NCBI GenBank assembly: GCA_002729525.1
Contig: PBYI01000034.1
Location: 17,854 to 81,853 of the forward strand
DNA length: 64,000 bases
Reading direction: 5' to 3'
Source: Nocardioides sp.
GTDB lineage: Bacteria; Actinomycetota; Actinomycetes; Propionibacteriales; Nocardioidaceae
Positions within the stretch are counted from its first letter, which is position 1. Each line of letters opens with the position of its first letter. The position numbers and the translations under genes are program-made. The notes under the pieces are model-generated. The model was given only the letters and a program-made list of their open reading frames with translations. It did not search any database and was not told the origin of the DNA. Shown piece by piece: positions 48,695 through 57,271 of this stretch.

Positions 48695-50677
48695 GTGGAC
48701 GTAGACACGCACGCCCGCCCGACCGGTCCGTCCGGACTGGCGGGCCGGGTGCTCGACGGCCGCTACCGCATCGGTCGGCGCATCGCGCGCGGCGGCATGG
48801 CCAGCGTCCACGAGGCCCACGACCTCCGGCTCGACCGCACGGTCGCCGTCAAGGTCATGCACCCCGGTCTCGGCGACGGCGCCTCCGACCACGCCTTCGC
48901 AGCCCGCTTCGTGCGCGAGGCCCGCGCCGCCGCCCGGCTCTCGCACCCCAACGTCGTCGCCGTCTACGACCAGGGCGAGGACCACGGTGACACCTACCTG
49001 GCGATGGAGTACGTCCCGGGCCGCACCCTGCGCGACGTGATCGCCGACGAGGCACCGCTGTCGCCCAGCCGCGCGCTGGCCCTGGTCGAGCCGGTGCTGT
49101 CCGCGCTCGCCGCGGCGCACGAGACCGGCCTGGTGCACCGCGACGTGAAGCCCGAGAACGTCCTCATCGCCGCCGACGGTCGGATCAAGGTCGCCGACTT
49201 CGGCCTGGCCAAGGCCGTCAGCGCCGACACCCAGCACACCGCGACCGGTGGCGTGCTCATCGGCACCGTCTCCTACCTCGCGCCCGAGCTGGTCGTCGAC
49301 GGCCGGGCCGACGCCCGCGCCGACGTGTACGCCGTGGGCGTGGTGCTCTACGAGCTGCTCACCGGCGTGAAGCCGCACACCGGCGAGTCCCCGATCCAGG
49401 TCGCCTACCGCCACGTCAACCACGACGTGCCGCCGCCGTCCGAGCGCGTCCCCGGGCTGCCGGCGTACGTCGACGCGCTGGTGGCGCGCGCGACCGCGCG
49501 CGACCTGGCGCGACGCCCCGCCGACGCCGCGGTGCTGCTGCGGCAGGTCCGCCGGGTGTCGCAGGCGCTGGCCGCGGGGCGTACCGACGACGTCGACCTC
49601 ACCGCCGACCTGGCCCTCGACCCCGGTGCGGCCACGGCCGGCGCGCTCGCCGAACCGGTCTCCGACCGCACCGCGCCGCTGCGCCGCCCCGAGCCCGGCC
49701 CCTCCCCCGACGAGCCGGCGGCCCACGCCCGACCGCTGCGCCGTCCGGCGCGCTCCGAGCGCGCACCGCGTCCCGGTCCCTCGCCCCGCGTGCGTCGCCG
49801 GCGCCGCGGACTCGTCCTCCTGCTCGTCGCCCTGCTCGTCGCCGGCGGCGTCGGTGGGGGCGCGTTCTGGTACGGCTGGGCCCGCTACGAGGCGGCCCCC
49901 AGCGTCGTGGGCATGACGCGCGCGGAGGCCGTCGAGACGCTCCAGTCCGCCGGCCTCGAGGTCGCCGTCGAGACCCCGGTCTGGGACGCCGACACCGAGC
50001 GCGGCGAGGTGCTGTCGGCCGACCCGGGCGGCGGGAGCCGGGTGCTGTCCGGCGACACCGTCACGCTCACCGTCTCCCGCGGCGCTCTCCTCGCCCCGCA
50101 GGTGCGCGGTCTCGACGAGGACGCCGCCCAGGACGCCCTGCTCGAGCGCGACCTGGTCTTCGGACGCTCGGTCGGCCGCTGGTCGGAGACCCAGCCCGAG
50201 GGCACCGTGCTCACCAGCCGCCCCAAGACCGGCACCCAGCTCGAGCCCGGCGACACCGTCAACCTCGTGGTCAGCAAGGGCCGGCGCCCGATCTCGGTCG
50301 GCGACTGGACCGGCAAGCCGCTGGCGCGCGCCCAGGCGGCGCTGGAGGACCGCGGGCTCACCGTGCAGATCTCCGGCGAGGAGTACGACGACACGGTCCC
50401 GGCCGGCCACGTGCTCGCCCAGACGCCCGCCGGCGGCACCCTCAACCGCGGCGACACCGTCACCCTGACCCTGTCGCGCGGCCCGGAGCTCGTCGAGGTG
50501 CCGTCCGTGCGCGCCAACGGCGTCACCGCGGCGCGCGAGAAGCTCGAGGCACTCGGCTTCGAGGTCGAGGTGAAGCAGAACGACTCCTACTTCAACCTCG
50601 GCATCGCCGTGCGCACTGACCCCGAGGCCGGCGACATGGCGCCCAAGGGCAGCCTGATCACCCTGTACGTCGTCTGA
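48695..50677 (+). CDS. Transmembrane Ser/Thr protein kinase with four C-terminal PASTA domains
   Basis: Hanks kinase motifs (GGMASVHEA, VAVKV, HRDVKPENVLI, DFGLA, YLAPE), one TM segment, and four ~65-aa PASTA-like repeats. The GTG at 48695 has an AGGAGG Shine-Dalgarno 6 nt upstream. Confidence 0.92.
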   Translation: MDVDTHARPTGPSGLAGRVLDGRYRIGRRIARGGMASVHEAHDLRLDRTVAVKVMHPGLGDGASDHAFAARFVREARAAARLSHPNVVAVYDQGEDHGDTYLAMEYVPGRTLRDVIADEAPLSPSRALALVEPVLSALAAAHETGLVHRDVKPENVLIAADGRIKVADFGLAKAVSADTQHTATGGVLIGTVSYLAPELVVDGRADARADVYAVGVVLYELLTGVKPHTGESPIQVAYRHVNHDVPPPSERVPGLPAYVDALVARATARDLARRPADAAVLLRQVRRVSQALAAGRTDDVDLTADLALDPGAATAGALAEPVSDRTAPLRRPEPGPSPDEPAAHARPLRRPARSERAPRPGPSPRVRRRRRGLVLLLVALLVAGGVGGGAFWYGWARYEAAPSVVGMTRAEAVETLQSAGLEVAVETPVWDADTERGEVLSADPGGGSRVLSGDTVTLTVSRGALLAPQVRGLDEDAAQDALLERDLVFGRSVGRWSETQPEGTVLTSRPKTGTQLEPGDTVNLVVSKGRRPISVGDWTGKPLARAQAALEDRGLTVQISGEEYDDTVPAGHVLAQTPAGGTLNRGDTVTLTLSRGPELVEVPSVRANGVTAAREKLEALGFEVEVKQNDSYFNLGIAVRTDPEAGDMAPKGSLITLYVV

Positions 50678-50735
50678 GCCCGCACTGAGCCGGCCCGCCG
50701 GTCCCGCGCGGCGGCCGTCGGGCTACCGTCCGCCG

Positions 50736-51644
50736 GTGCGCAACCCCCTCGGAACCCACGTCCTGGTCGGCAAGGGCCTCGTCGCCGGTGCTCTCGCCTC
50801 GGCCGTCGAGCTCGGCTGCGAGGCCTTCCAGGTGTTCGTCGGCAACCCGCGCGGCTGGGCCCTCACCGAGGGCGATCCCGCGCAGGACGCGGCCTTCCGC
50901 GAGGCGTGCGCCGAGGCCGGGCAGCGGGTGTTCGTGCACACGCCGTACCTCGTCAACCTCGGCTCGCCCACGCCCGCGACGTACGAGAAGTCGGTGGCGC
51001 TGGTCGCGCACAACCTGCGCCGCGCCGCCGAGATCGGCGCCGAGGGAGTCGTCGTGCACACCGGCTCCTACGTCGCGCCCGCCGGTGACGACGCCGACGC
51101 CGTACGCCGCCACGAGGCCGCACTGCGCCAGGTGCGCGAGGGCCTCCTCCCGCTCCTGGAGACCCTCGACGGCCCGGACGCGCCGTGGCTGCTGCTGGAG
51201 CCGACCGCCGGGCAGGGCCGGTCGCTGTGCGCCGGCGTGGACGACCTCGCCGGCTACCTCGACGCCCTCGACCGGCACCCGCGCGCCGGCGTCTGCCTGG
51301 ACACCTGCCACGTCTTCGCGGCCGGCGCACCGCTCGACGAGCCGGGCGGCACGGCCGCGACGCTCGACCGGCTCGACGAGGTCGCCGGACCCGGCCGCCT
51401 GCGGCTGGTGCACGCCAACGACTCGAAGGACCCGCGCGGCTCGATGAAGGACCGGCACGAGCGGCTCGGCGACGGGCACGTCGGCGTCGACGCGTTCGCG
51501 GAGCTGCTGGCCCACCCGAGCACCGAGGGCGTGCCGATGGTGCTGGAGACGCCGGGCTCGCGCGAGCCGGGCAACGCCGACCTGGCGCTGCTGCAGCGGC
51601 TGCGGGCCGCGCGGGCCGCCGTACCGGCGTCGTCCGGATCCTGA
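50736..51644 (+). CDS. nfo: Deoxyribonuclease IV (endonuclease IV)
   Basis: ...HTPYLVNLGSP...VVVHTGS...LLLEPTAGQG...CLDTCHVFAAG...VHANDSK...RHERLGDGHVG. The GTG is preceded by TACCGT (50724-50729) with a 6-nt spacer. Confidence 0.9.
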   Translation: MRNPLGTHVLVGKGLVAGALASAVELGCEAFQVFVGNPRGWALTEGDPAQDAAFREACAEAGQRVFVHTPYLVNLGSPTPATYEKSVALVAHNLRRAAEIGAEGVVVHTGSYVAPAGDDADAVRRHEAALRQVREGLLPLLETLDGPDAPWLLLEPTAGQGRSLCAGVDDLAGYLDALDRHPRAGVCLDTCHVFAAGAPLDEPGGTAATLDRLDEVAGPGRLRLVHANDSKDPRGSMKDRHERLGDGHVGVDAFAELLAHPSTEGVPMVLETPGSREPGNADLALLQRLRAARAAVPASSGS

Positions 51645-51687
51645 AACCCCGGCGACCCGTCGCGGACGCCGCGCTATCGTCATTGTC

Positions 51688-51747
51688 ATGACGCCGACCT
51701 ATTTCTTCGGACACCTGCCGGGAGCACCCGTGCAGGCCGGTCCGTAG
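51688..51747 (+). CDS. Candidate 19-aa leader peptide MTPTYFFGHLPGAPVQAGP (Tyr-Phe-Phe) upstream of the DAHP synthase
   Basis: The ATG is preceded by TATCGT (51675-51680) with a 7-nt spacer, the same leaderless geometry as about 9 other genes here. Three consecutive aromatic codons (TAT TTC TTC). Confidence 0.45.
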   Translation: MTPTYFFGHLPGAPVQAGP

Positions 51748-51772
51748 CAGGAACGCGCCGCACACACACCAG

Positions 51773-51796
51773 ACGCCCCGGCCAGTGCCGGGGCGT
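51773..51796 (+). terminator. Attenuator/terminator-like hairpin between the leader ORF and the DAHP synthase
   Basis: ACGCCCCGGC-CAGT-GCCGGGGCGT: a perfect 10-bp GC stem followed by TTCGTCGTGT. It ends 51 nt before the aro gene ATG. Confidence 0.5.
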
Positions 51797-51847
51797 TCGT
51801 CGTGTCCGGGGCCGGTCGGGGCACAACACCAGGAAGAGGAAACCCAC

Positions 51848-52885
51848 ATGGTCGTGGTCATGTCCCCCGACGCCACCGACGAGGACGTCGCCCAGGTCGT
51901 CGAGCGCGTCGAGGAGGTCGGCGGCGAGGCGTTCGTCAGCAAGGGCGTCGTGCGCACCATCATCGGTCTGGTCGGCGACATCGAGTCGTTCCACCACCTG
52001 AACCTCCGGGCCCTGCCGGGCGTGGCCGACGTGCACCGGATCTCCGACCCGTTCAAGCTCGTCAGCCGTCAGCACCACCCCGAGCGGTCGACCGTCTGGG
52101 TCGGCACCGAGGGTCGCCGGGTGCCGATCGGCCCCGACACCTTCACGTTCATGGCCGGTCCGTGCGCCGTGGAGTCCGCCGACCAGACCCTGGAGGCCGC
52201 GCAGATGGCCGCCTCGGCCGGCGCGACGATCCTGCGCGGCGGGGCCTACAAGCCGCGCACGTCGCCGTACGCCTTCCAGGGCCTGGGCGTGAAGGGTCTG
52301 GAGATCCTCGCCGACGTCGGCCGCTCGGTCGGCCTGCCCGTGGTCACCGAGGTCGTCGACGCCCGCGACGTCGACGTGGTCGCCGAGCACGCCGACATGC
52401 TCCAGATCGGCACCCGCAACATGGCCAACTTCGGCCTGCTCCAGGCCGCCGGTACCGCCGGCAAGCCGGTGCTCCTCAAGCGCGGCATGACCGCGACGAT
52501 CGAGGAGTGGCTGATGGCCGCGGAGTACATCGCCCAGCGCGGCAACCTCGACGTCGTGCTGTGCGAGCGCGGCATCCGCACCTTTGAGCCGGCCACCCGC
52601 AACACGCTCGACATCTCCGCGGTGCCGGTGGTGCAGACCCAGAGCCACCTGCCGGTCATCGTCGACCCGTCGCACGCGGCCGGCCGCAAGGACCTCGTGG
52701 TGCCGCTGTCGCGTGCCGCGGTGGCCATCGGGGCCGACGGGATCATCGTCGACGTGCACCCGCACCCGGAGACGGCGCTGTGCGACGGGCCGCAGGCGCT
52801 GCTCGGCTCGGAGCTGCGCGAGCTGGCGCAGGTGGCGCGCCGCTTCCCGCCGCTGGTGGGGCGCGAGCTGGCGACGACTCCCTGA
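51848..52885 (+). CDS. 3-deoxy-7-phosphoheptulonate (DAHP) synthase, type I-beta, with an N-terminal ferredoxin/ACT-like regulatory domain
   Basis: MVVVMSPDATDEDVAQVVERVEEVGGEAF... regulatory domain, then a catalytic core FMAGPCAVES...LRGGAYKPRTSPYAFQGLG...KRG...DPSH. The ATG has AGGAAGAGGA upstream. Confidence 0.9.
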   Translation: MVVVMSPDATDEDVAQVVERVEEVGGEAFVSKGVVRTIIGLVGDIESFHHLNLRALPGVADVHRISDPFKLVSRQHHPERSTVWVGTEGRRVPIGPDTFTFMAGPCAVESADQTLEAAQMAASAGATILRGGAYKPRTSPYAFQGLGVKGLEILADVGRSVGLPVVTEVVDARDVDVVAEHADMLQIGTRNMANFGLLQAAGTAGKPVLLKRGMTATIEEWLMAAEYIAQRGNLDVVLCERGIRTFEPATRNTLDISAVPVVQTQSHLPVIVDPSHAAGRKDLVVPLSRAAVAIGADGIIVDVHPHPETALCDGPQALLGSELRELAQVARRFPPLVGRELATTP

Positions 52886-52930
52886 TCCGGGACGGGTCTC
52901 GCTACCCTGGCGCGCGATCCGAGGAGGCAC

Positions 52931-54016
52931 GTGAGCACGACCTGCGCGCACTGCGGCCACGAGGTCGAGCTGGGCCGGTTCTGCACCAACTGCGGTGCAC
53001 CCGTCGACCCGGCCGCACTCGACACGTGGCGCACCGACACCGCCGAGCGGCCCGCAGCGCGGGACCCGCACGTACCCCCGCCTGCCCACGAGCCGCCCAG
53101 CAGCCCGCGGTTCCCGCTGTTCGCCGACGAGGTCGAGGCCTCGTCGGCGGACGCGGGGTCGGCCTCGTCCGGCCGCTCGGAGCCGGGTGCCCGGGCGGCC
53201 GGGCGGCCGGCGGACGAGCCGCCCGCGACCGGCGTGCTGCCAGGCGTGCTGCCGGGGCTCGGCGCGAGCGGTGAGACCGACGAGGCGACGAGCACCCGCC
53301 GGACCGGCCGACTGCTGCCCCTCGTCGTCGTCGGACTGGCGATCGCGCTCGTGCTGGCGATGGGGATCCTGCTGCTGGTGATCGACCAGGACACCGGCAC
53401 CGGTCCGGACACCGTCGACAGCACCAGCGAGGCGGTCGACGGCGACGCCTCGAGCAGCGAGTCCTCGACCGGGACCGACGACGACGCCTCCGACTCCAGC
53501 GACCCCGGTGGCTCGAGCGGGTCCGGTGGCTCGGGCGGCCCGAGCACGGACGTCGCCGGTCAGGCGACGGCCGAGGCGCCGGTCACCGCTCCGCCCGGCA
53601 CCGACGTCAACGGCAACACCGTCCGCTACGACGCCGCCAACCTCGTCGACGGCGACGACGACACCACCTGGCGGATGGCCGGCGACGGCGCCGGCACCGA
53701 GCTCACCTTCACCCTCGCCGGACCCGCCCGACTGGTGAAGGTCGGCCTGGTCAACGGCTACGCCAAGAAGGAGCCGGGGTACGACGGCTACACCGCCAAC
53801 CGACGCGTGCAGCGCGTGGAGTGGGAGCTCGACGACGGCACCGTCGTCGAGCAGGACCTCCGCGAGACCCGACGCATGCAGCGGGTCAAGGTGCCCGGTG
53901 CGGGCGAGACGAGCCAGGTGGTGCTGCGCATCCTCGACGTCTCGGCCCCCGGGGACGGACGCAGCGGTCGCGACTACACCGCGGTGTCCGAGGTCGCGCT
54001 GGTCGCCGCGGACTGA
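52931..54016 (+). CDS. Zinc-ribbon / single-TM protein with a C-terminal discoidin (F5/8 type C, NADase-type glycan-binding)-like domain
   Basis: CAHCGHEVELGRFCTNCG zinc ribbon, TM segment LLPLVVVGLAIALVLAMGILLLVI, and C-terminal YDAANLVDGDDDTTWRM...VSEVAL. Confidence 0.7.
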   Translation: MSTTCAHCGHEVELGRFCTNCGAPVDPAALDTWRTDTAERPAARDPHVPPPAHEPPSSPRFPLFADEVEASSADAGSASSGRSEPGARAAGRPADEPPATGVLPGVLPGLGASGETDEATSTRRTGRLLPLVVVGLAIALVLAMGILLLVIDQDTGTGPDTVDSTSEAVDGDASSSESSTGTDDDASDSSDPGGSSGSGGSGGPSTDVAGQATAEAPVTAPPGTDVNGNTVRYDAANLVDGDDDTTWRMAGDGAGTELTFTLAGPARLVKVGLVNGYAKKEPGYDGYTANRRVQRVEWELDDGTVVEQDLRETRRMQRVKVPGAGETSQVVLRILDVSAPGDGRSGRDYTAVSEVALVAAD

Positions 54017-54043
54017 TCGGCCGGCGCCGACGCTGCTGCGGGC

Positions 54044-55036
54044 TCAGAGCGTGGCGAGCGCCGCCGCGGCCTGCTCCGCGTCGGCCCAGGTCACTCCGAG
54101 GTGCGTCACCATCCGCACCGTCGTCGGACCCACCGTGGACAGCCGGACGCCCGCCGCCGCGGCGCGCTCGACGTACGACGCCGCGTCGCTGCGCTCGAGC
54201 ACCACGATGTTGGTCTCCACGCCGGCCGGGTCGACGCCGGCCGCCTCGGCCAGCAGCCGGGCGTGCGCGTGGTCGTCGGCGAGCCGCTCGACGTGGTGGT
54301 CGAGCGCGTGCAGGCCGGCTGCGGCGAGCACGCCGACCTGGCGCATGCCGCCGCCCATCCGCTTGCGCCACACCCGGGCCTCGGCCACGGCGTCGGCCGA
54401 GCCGACCATCAGCGACCCGACCGGGGCGCCGAGGCCCTTGGAGAGGCACACGGACAGCACGTCGGCGCAAGCGCCGTACTCCGCCAGCGGCGTGCCGGTC
54501 GCGACGTGGGCGTTCCACAGGCGCGCGCCGTCGAGGTGCACCGCGGCGCCCACGCCGACGGCGTACTCCTTGAGGTCGCGCAGCTGGGCGAGCGGGAGCA
54601 CGGTGCCGCCCGCGAAGTTGTGGGTGTTCTCCACCGAGAACGCCGCCGTGCGCACGAAGAACGGACCCATGTTGGGGGCGTGCATCGAGCGCACCGCGTC
54701 GAGGTCGACGTGGCCGAGCGGGTGGCTCCAGGTGCGCATCGTCAGGCCGGTGTAGGCCCCGTGGGCGCCCAGCTCGGCGCGGGCGATGTGGGCGCGCGCC
54801 TCGCACAGCACCTCCTCCCCCACGCCGACGACCGAGCGGACCGCGAGCACGTTCGACATCGAGCCGGTCGGCATGAACAGCGCCGCCTCGTGGCCGAGCA
54901 GGTCGGCGACCCGCTCCTCGAGGAGGGTGACGGTGGGGTCCTCGCCGTAGACGTCGTCGCCCACCTCCGCCTCCGCCATCGCGCGGCGCATCGCGGGGGT
55001 GGGGGTGGTGAGGGTGTCGGAGCGGAGGTCGATCAC
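54044..55036 (-). CDS. ltaE: Low-specificity L-threonine aldolase (PLP-dependent)
   Basis: [36 protein letters not shown]...[12 protein letters not shown]. Confidence 0.9.
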   Translation of the reverse strand: MIDLRSDTLTTPTPAMRRAMAEAEVGDDVYGEDPTVTLLEERVADLLGHEAALFMPTGSMSNVLAVRSVVGVGEEVLCEARAHIARAELGAHGAYTGLTMRTWSHPLGHVDLDAVRSMHAPNMGPFFVRTAAFSVENTHNFAGGTVLPLAQLRDLKEYAVGVGAAVHLDGARLWNAHVATGTPLAEYGACADVLSVCLSKGLGAPVGSLMVGSADAVAEARVWRKRMGGGMRQVGVLAAAGLHALDHHVERLADDHAHARLLAEAAGVDPAGVETNIVVLERSDAASYVERAAAAGVRLSTVGPTTVRMVTHLGVTWADAEQAAAALATL

Positions 55037-55208
55037 GGGTGGTGGGCTCCTTCGTACGCAGGTTCTCGGGGGCAGCGTCCGGGGGCAGGCGTGGTCGGCA
55101 CTCGCATCCGGTTGGATTTCGAGACGCGTCGCTCTCGGCCGTCGCGAGCTCCGGCCGGGAGCCGACGCTCCTCAATCCTGCGCGCCAACCGTCCCTCCTT
55201 CACTGCGT

Positions 55209-56564
55209 TCAGGAGGAACGGGCGCGCAGCATCTCGGCGGTGAGGAAGGCGAGCTCGAGGGACTGCACCCGGTTGAGACGCGGGTCGCAGACGGACTCGT
55301 AGCGGCTGCCGAGGTCGATCTCGGCGAGCTCCTCGCCGCCGCCGACACACTCGGTGACGTCGTCGCCGGTGAGCTCGACGTGGATGCCGCCCGGCCAGGT
55401 GCCGAGAGCGTGGTGGACGTCGAAGAAGCCCTGGACCTCGTCCATGACGTCCTCGAACGCGCGGGTCTTGTAGCCCGACGACGCCTCGAAGGTGTTGCCG
55501 TGCATCGGGTCGCAAACCCAGGCCACCTGCAGACCCGAGGCGTGCACCTTCTCGACCAGGTCGGGCAGGCCGTCGCGGATCTTCTTCGCGCCGAAGCGGG
55601 TGACGAAGGTGAGCCTGCCCGGCACGTTGTCGGGGTTGAGCCGCTCGGCGAGCGCGAGGGCGTCGTCGGCGCTGGTGGTCGGGCCGAGCTTGACGCCGAT
55701 CGGGTTGCTCACCGACGACAGCAGCTCGACGTGCGCGCCGTCGAGCTGGCGGGGGCGCTCGCCGATCCACAGGAAGTGGCCCGACAGGTCGTAGGGCCGG
55801 CCCGAGCGGGAGTCGGTGCGGGTCATGGCGTGCTCGTACTCCAGCAGCAGCGCCTCGTGGGAGATGTGGAAGTCGACCTTGTGGAACTCGTCGGGGTCGG
55901 CCCCGATCGCCTCCATGAACGCCATCGCGCGGTCGATCTCGTGCGCCATCGCCTCGTAGCGCTGGCCGGCGACGGAGTCGGCGACGAACGCGGTGTTCCA
56001 GGTGTGCACCTTGCGCAGGTCGGCGTACCCGCCGTCGATGAAGGCCCGCACCATCCGCAGCGTCGCCTCGGACGTGCGGTAGACCTCCTGCAGCCGCGCC
56101 GGGTCGTGGGCCCGGGCGGTCTCGGTGAACTCGAAGCCGTTGACGGCGTCACCGCGGTACGCCGGCAGCGTCACGCCGGCACGGGTCTCGGTGTCGGAGC
56201 TGCGCGGCTTGGCGTACTGCCCGGCCAGCCGGCCGAGCTTCACGACCGGCACGGACGCGGCGTACGTCAGGACGACCGCCATCTGGAGCAAGACCCGCAG
56301 CTTGTTGCGGGTGTTGTCGGCGGTGACACCGGCGAAGGTCTCGGCGCAGTCGCCACCCTGGAGTAGGAACGCCTCACCGCGAGCGACGGCGGCGAGCTTG
56401 TCGGTGAGCTCGTCGCACTCGGCGGCGTAGACCAGCGGCGGGCGCGAGCGCAGGTCGTCGTAGACCGCCGCGACCCGCGCCGGGTCGGCGTACGTCGGCT
56501 GCTGCTTGGCACCGGTCGCGCGGAGGGCCTCGAGCGAGGGCAGGGCGGGGACGTCGTGCGGCAC
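55209..56564 (-). CDS. aroG: Class II DAHP synthase (AroG, Rv2178c-type)
   Basis: 451 aa: ...FLLQGGDCAETF...LGRLAGQYAKPRS...WIGERPRQLDGAHV...CDPMHGN. The GTG is preceded by TAGGCT (56571-56576 on the minus strand) with a 6-nt spacer. Confidence 0.93.
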   Translation of the reverse strand: MPHDVPALPSLEALRATGAKQQPTYADPARVAAVYDDLRSRPPLVYAAECDELTDKLAAVARGEAFLLQGGDCAETFAGVTADNTRNKLRVLLQMAVVLTYAASVPVVKLGRLAGQYAKPRSSDTETRAGVTLPAYRGDAVNGFEFTETARAHDPARLQEVYRTSEATLRMVRAFIDGGYADLRKVHTWNTAFVADSVAGQRYEAMAHEIDRAMAFMEAIGADPDEFHKVDFHISHEALLLEYEHAMTRTDSRSGRPYDLSGHFLWIGERPRQLDGAHVELLSSVSNPIGVKLGPTTSADDALALAERLNPDNVPGRLTFVTRFGAKKIRDGLPDLVEKVHASGLQVAWVCDPMHGNTFEASSGYKTRAFEDVMDEVQGFFDVHHALGTWPGGIHVELTGDDVTECVGGGEELAEIDLGSRYESVCDPRLNRVQSLELAFLTAEMLRARSS

Positions 56565-56641
56565 CGGCCCAGCCTACGCGCGTGAGCAGCACGGACCGTC
56601 ACCGACGACCGCACGTGGACCACGTCACCGCGTCACGAGTT

Positions 56642-56680
56642 TGGGACGAAAGTGTCCCAGATGAGACAGTGGTGTCTCAC
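56642..56680. promoter_or_regulatory. Two adjacent palindromes (TGGGAC-N6-GTCCCA; TGAGACA-N4-TGTCTCA), candidate TetR operators
   Basis: Direct reading. They lie 28-66 nt upstream of the TetR start, in the aroG/TetR divergent region. Confidence 0.45.
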
Positions 56681-56707
56681 GCAATGATGCGACCGAGGGG
56701 AGTCTCC

Positions 56708-57271
56708 GTGACCACCACGCGCGAGCAGGTGCTCGCCGCCGCCCAGCGGCACCTCAACGTCGACCCGACGGCCTCGATGGCGGTGCTCGCCCGTGCCGCC
56801 GGGGTCGGCCGGGCGACCCTGCACCGCCACTTCGCGACGCGCGACGACCTGGTCCACGAGATCGCGTCGCGCTCCCTCGACCGGTGGGAGGAGAGCCAGC
56901 GCGAGGCCGGCGTCGAGGCCGCCGTCGCCTCCGGCGACCCCGAGACCCTGCGCGCCTGCCTGACCGACGTGCTGTCGCGGTTCGTGACCGACGCCGACGA
57001 GTTCGGGTTCGCGCTCACCGACTCCTACATGACGACCTCCCCCGCCCTGCTCGAGCGCTCCGACGCCCTCTTCGCCCGCGAGGTCGCGCTGTACGACGCC
57101 GCTCAGCAGGCCGGCGTGCTGCGCTCCGACGTCAGCGCCCGGTGGCTCGGCCACGCCGTCTACGGCCTCCTCGTCGCCGCGCGCGAGGCGCTGCGCGAGG
57201 GCGAGGTGGCCCGCCGCGACCTCGACGCCGTCGTCGTCTCGACGTTCCTCGAGGGCGGTGCGGCCCGATGA
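56708..57271 (+). CDS. TetR family transcriptional regulator
   Basis: VTTTREQVLAAAQRHLNVDPTASMAVLARAAGVGRATLHRHFATRDDLV (HTH). The GTG at 56708 has a GAGGGGAG Shine-Dalgarno. The longest ORF start is 56582. Confidence 0.85.
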   Translation: MTTTREQVLAAAQRHLNVDPTASMAVLARAAGVGRATLHRHFATRDDLVHEIASRSLDRWEESQREAGVEAAVASGDPETLRACLTDVLSRFVTDADEFGFALTDSYMTTSPALLERSDALFAREVALYDAAQQAGVLRSDVSARWLGHAVYGLLVAAREALREGEVARRDLDAVVVSTFLEGGAAR

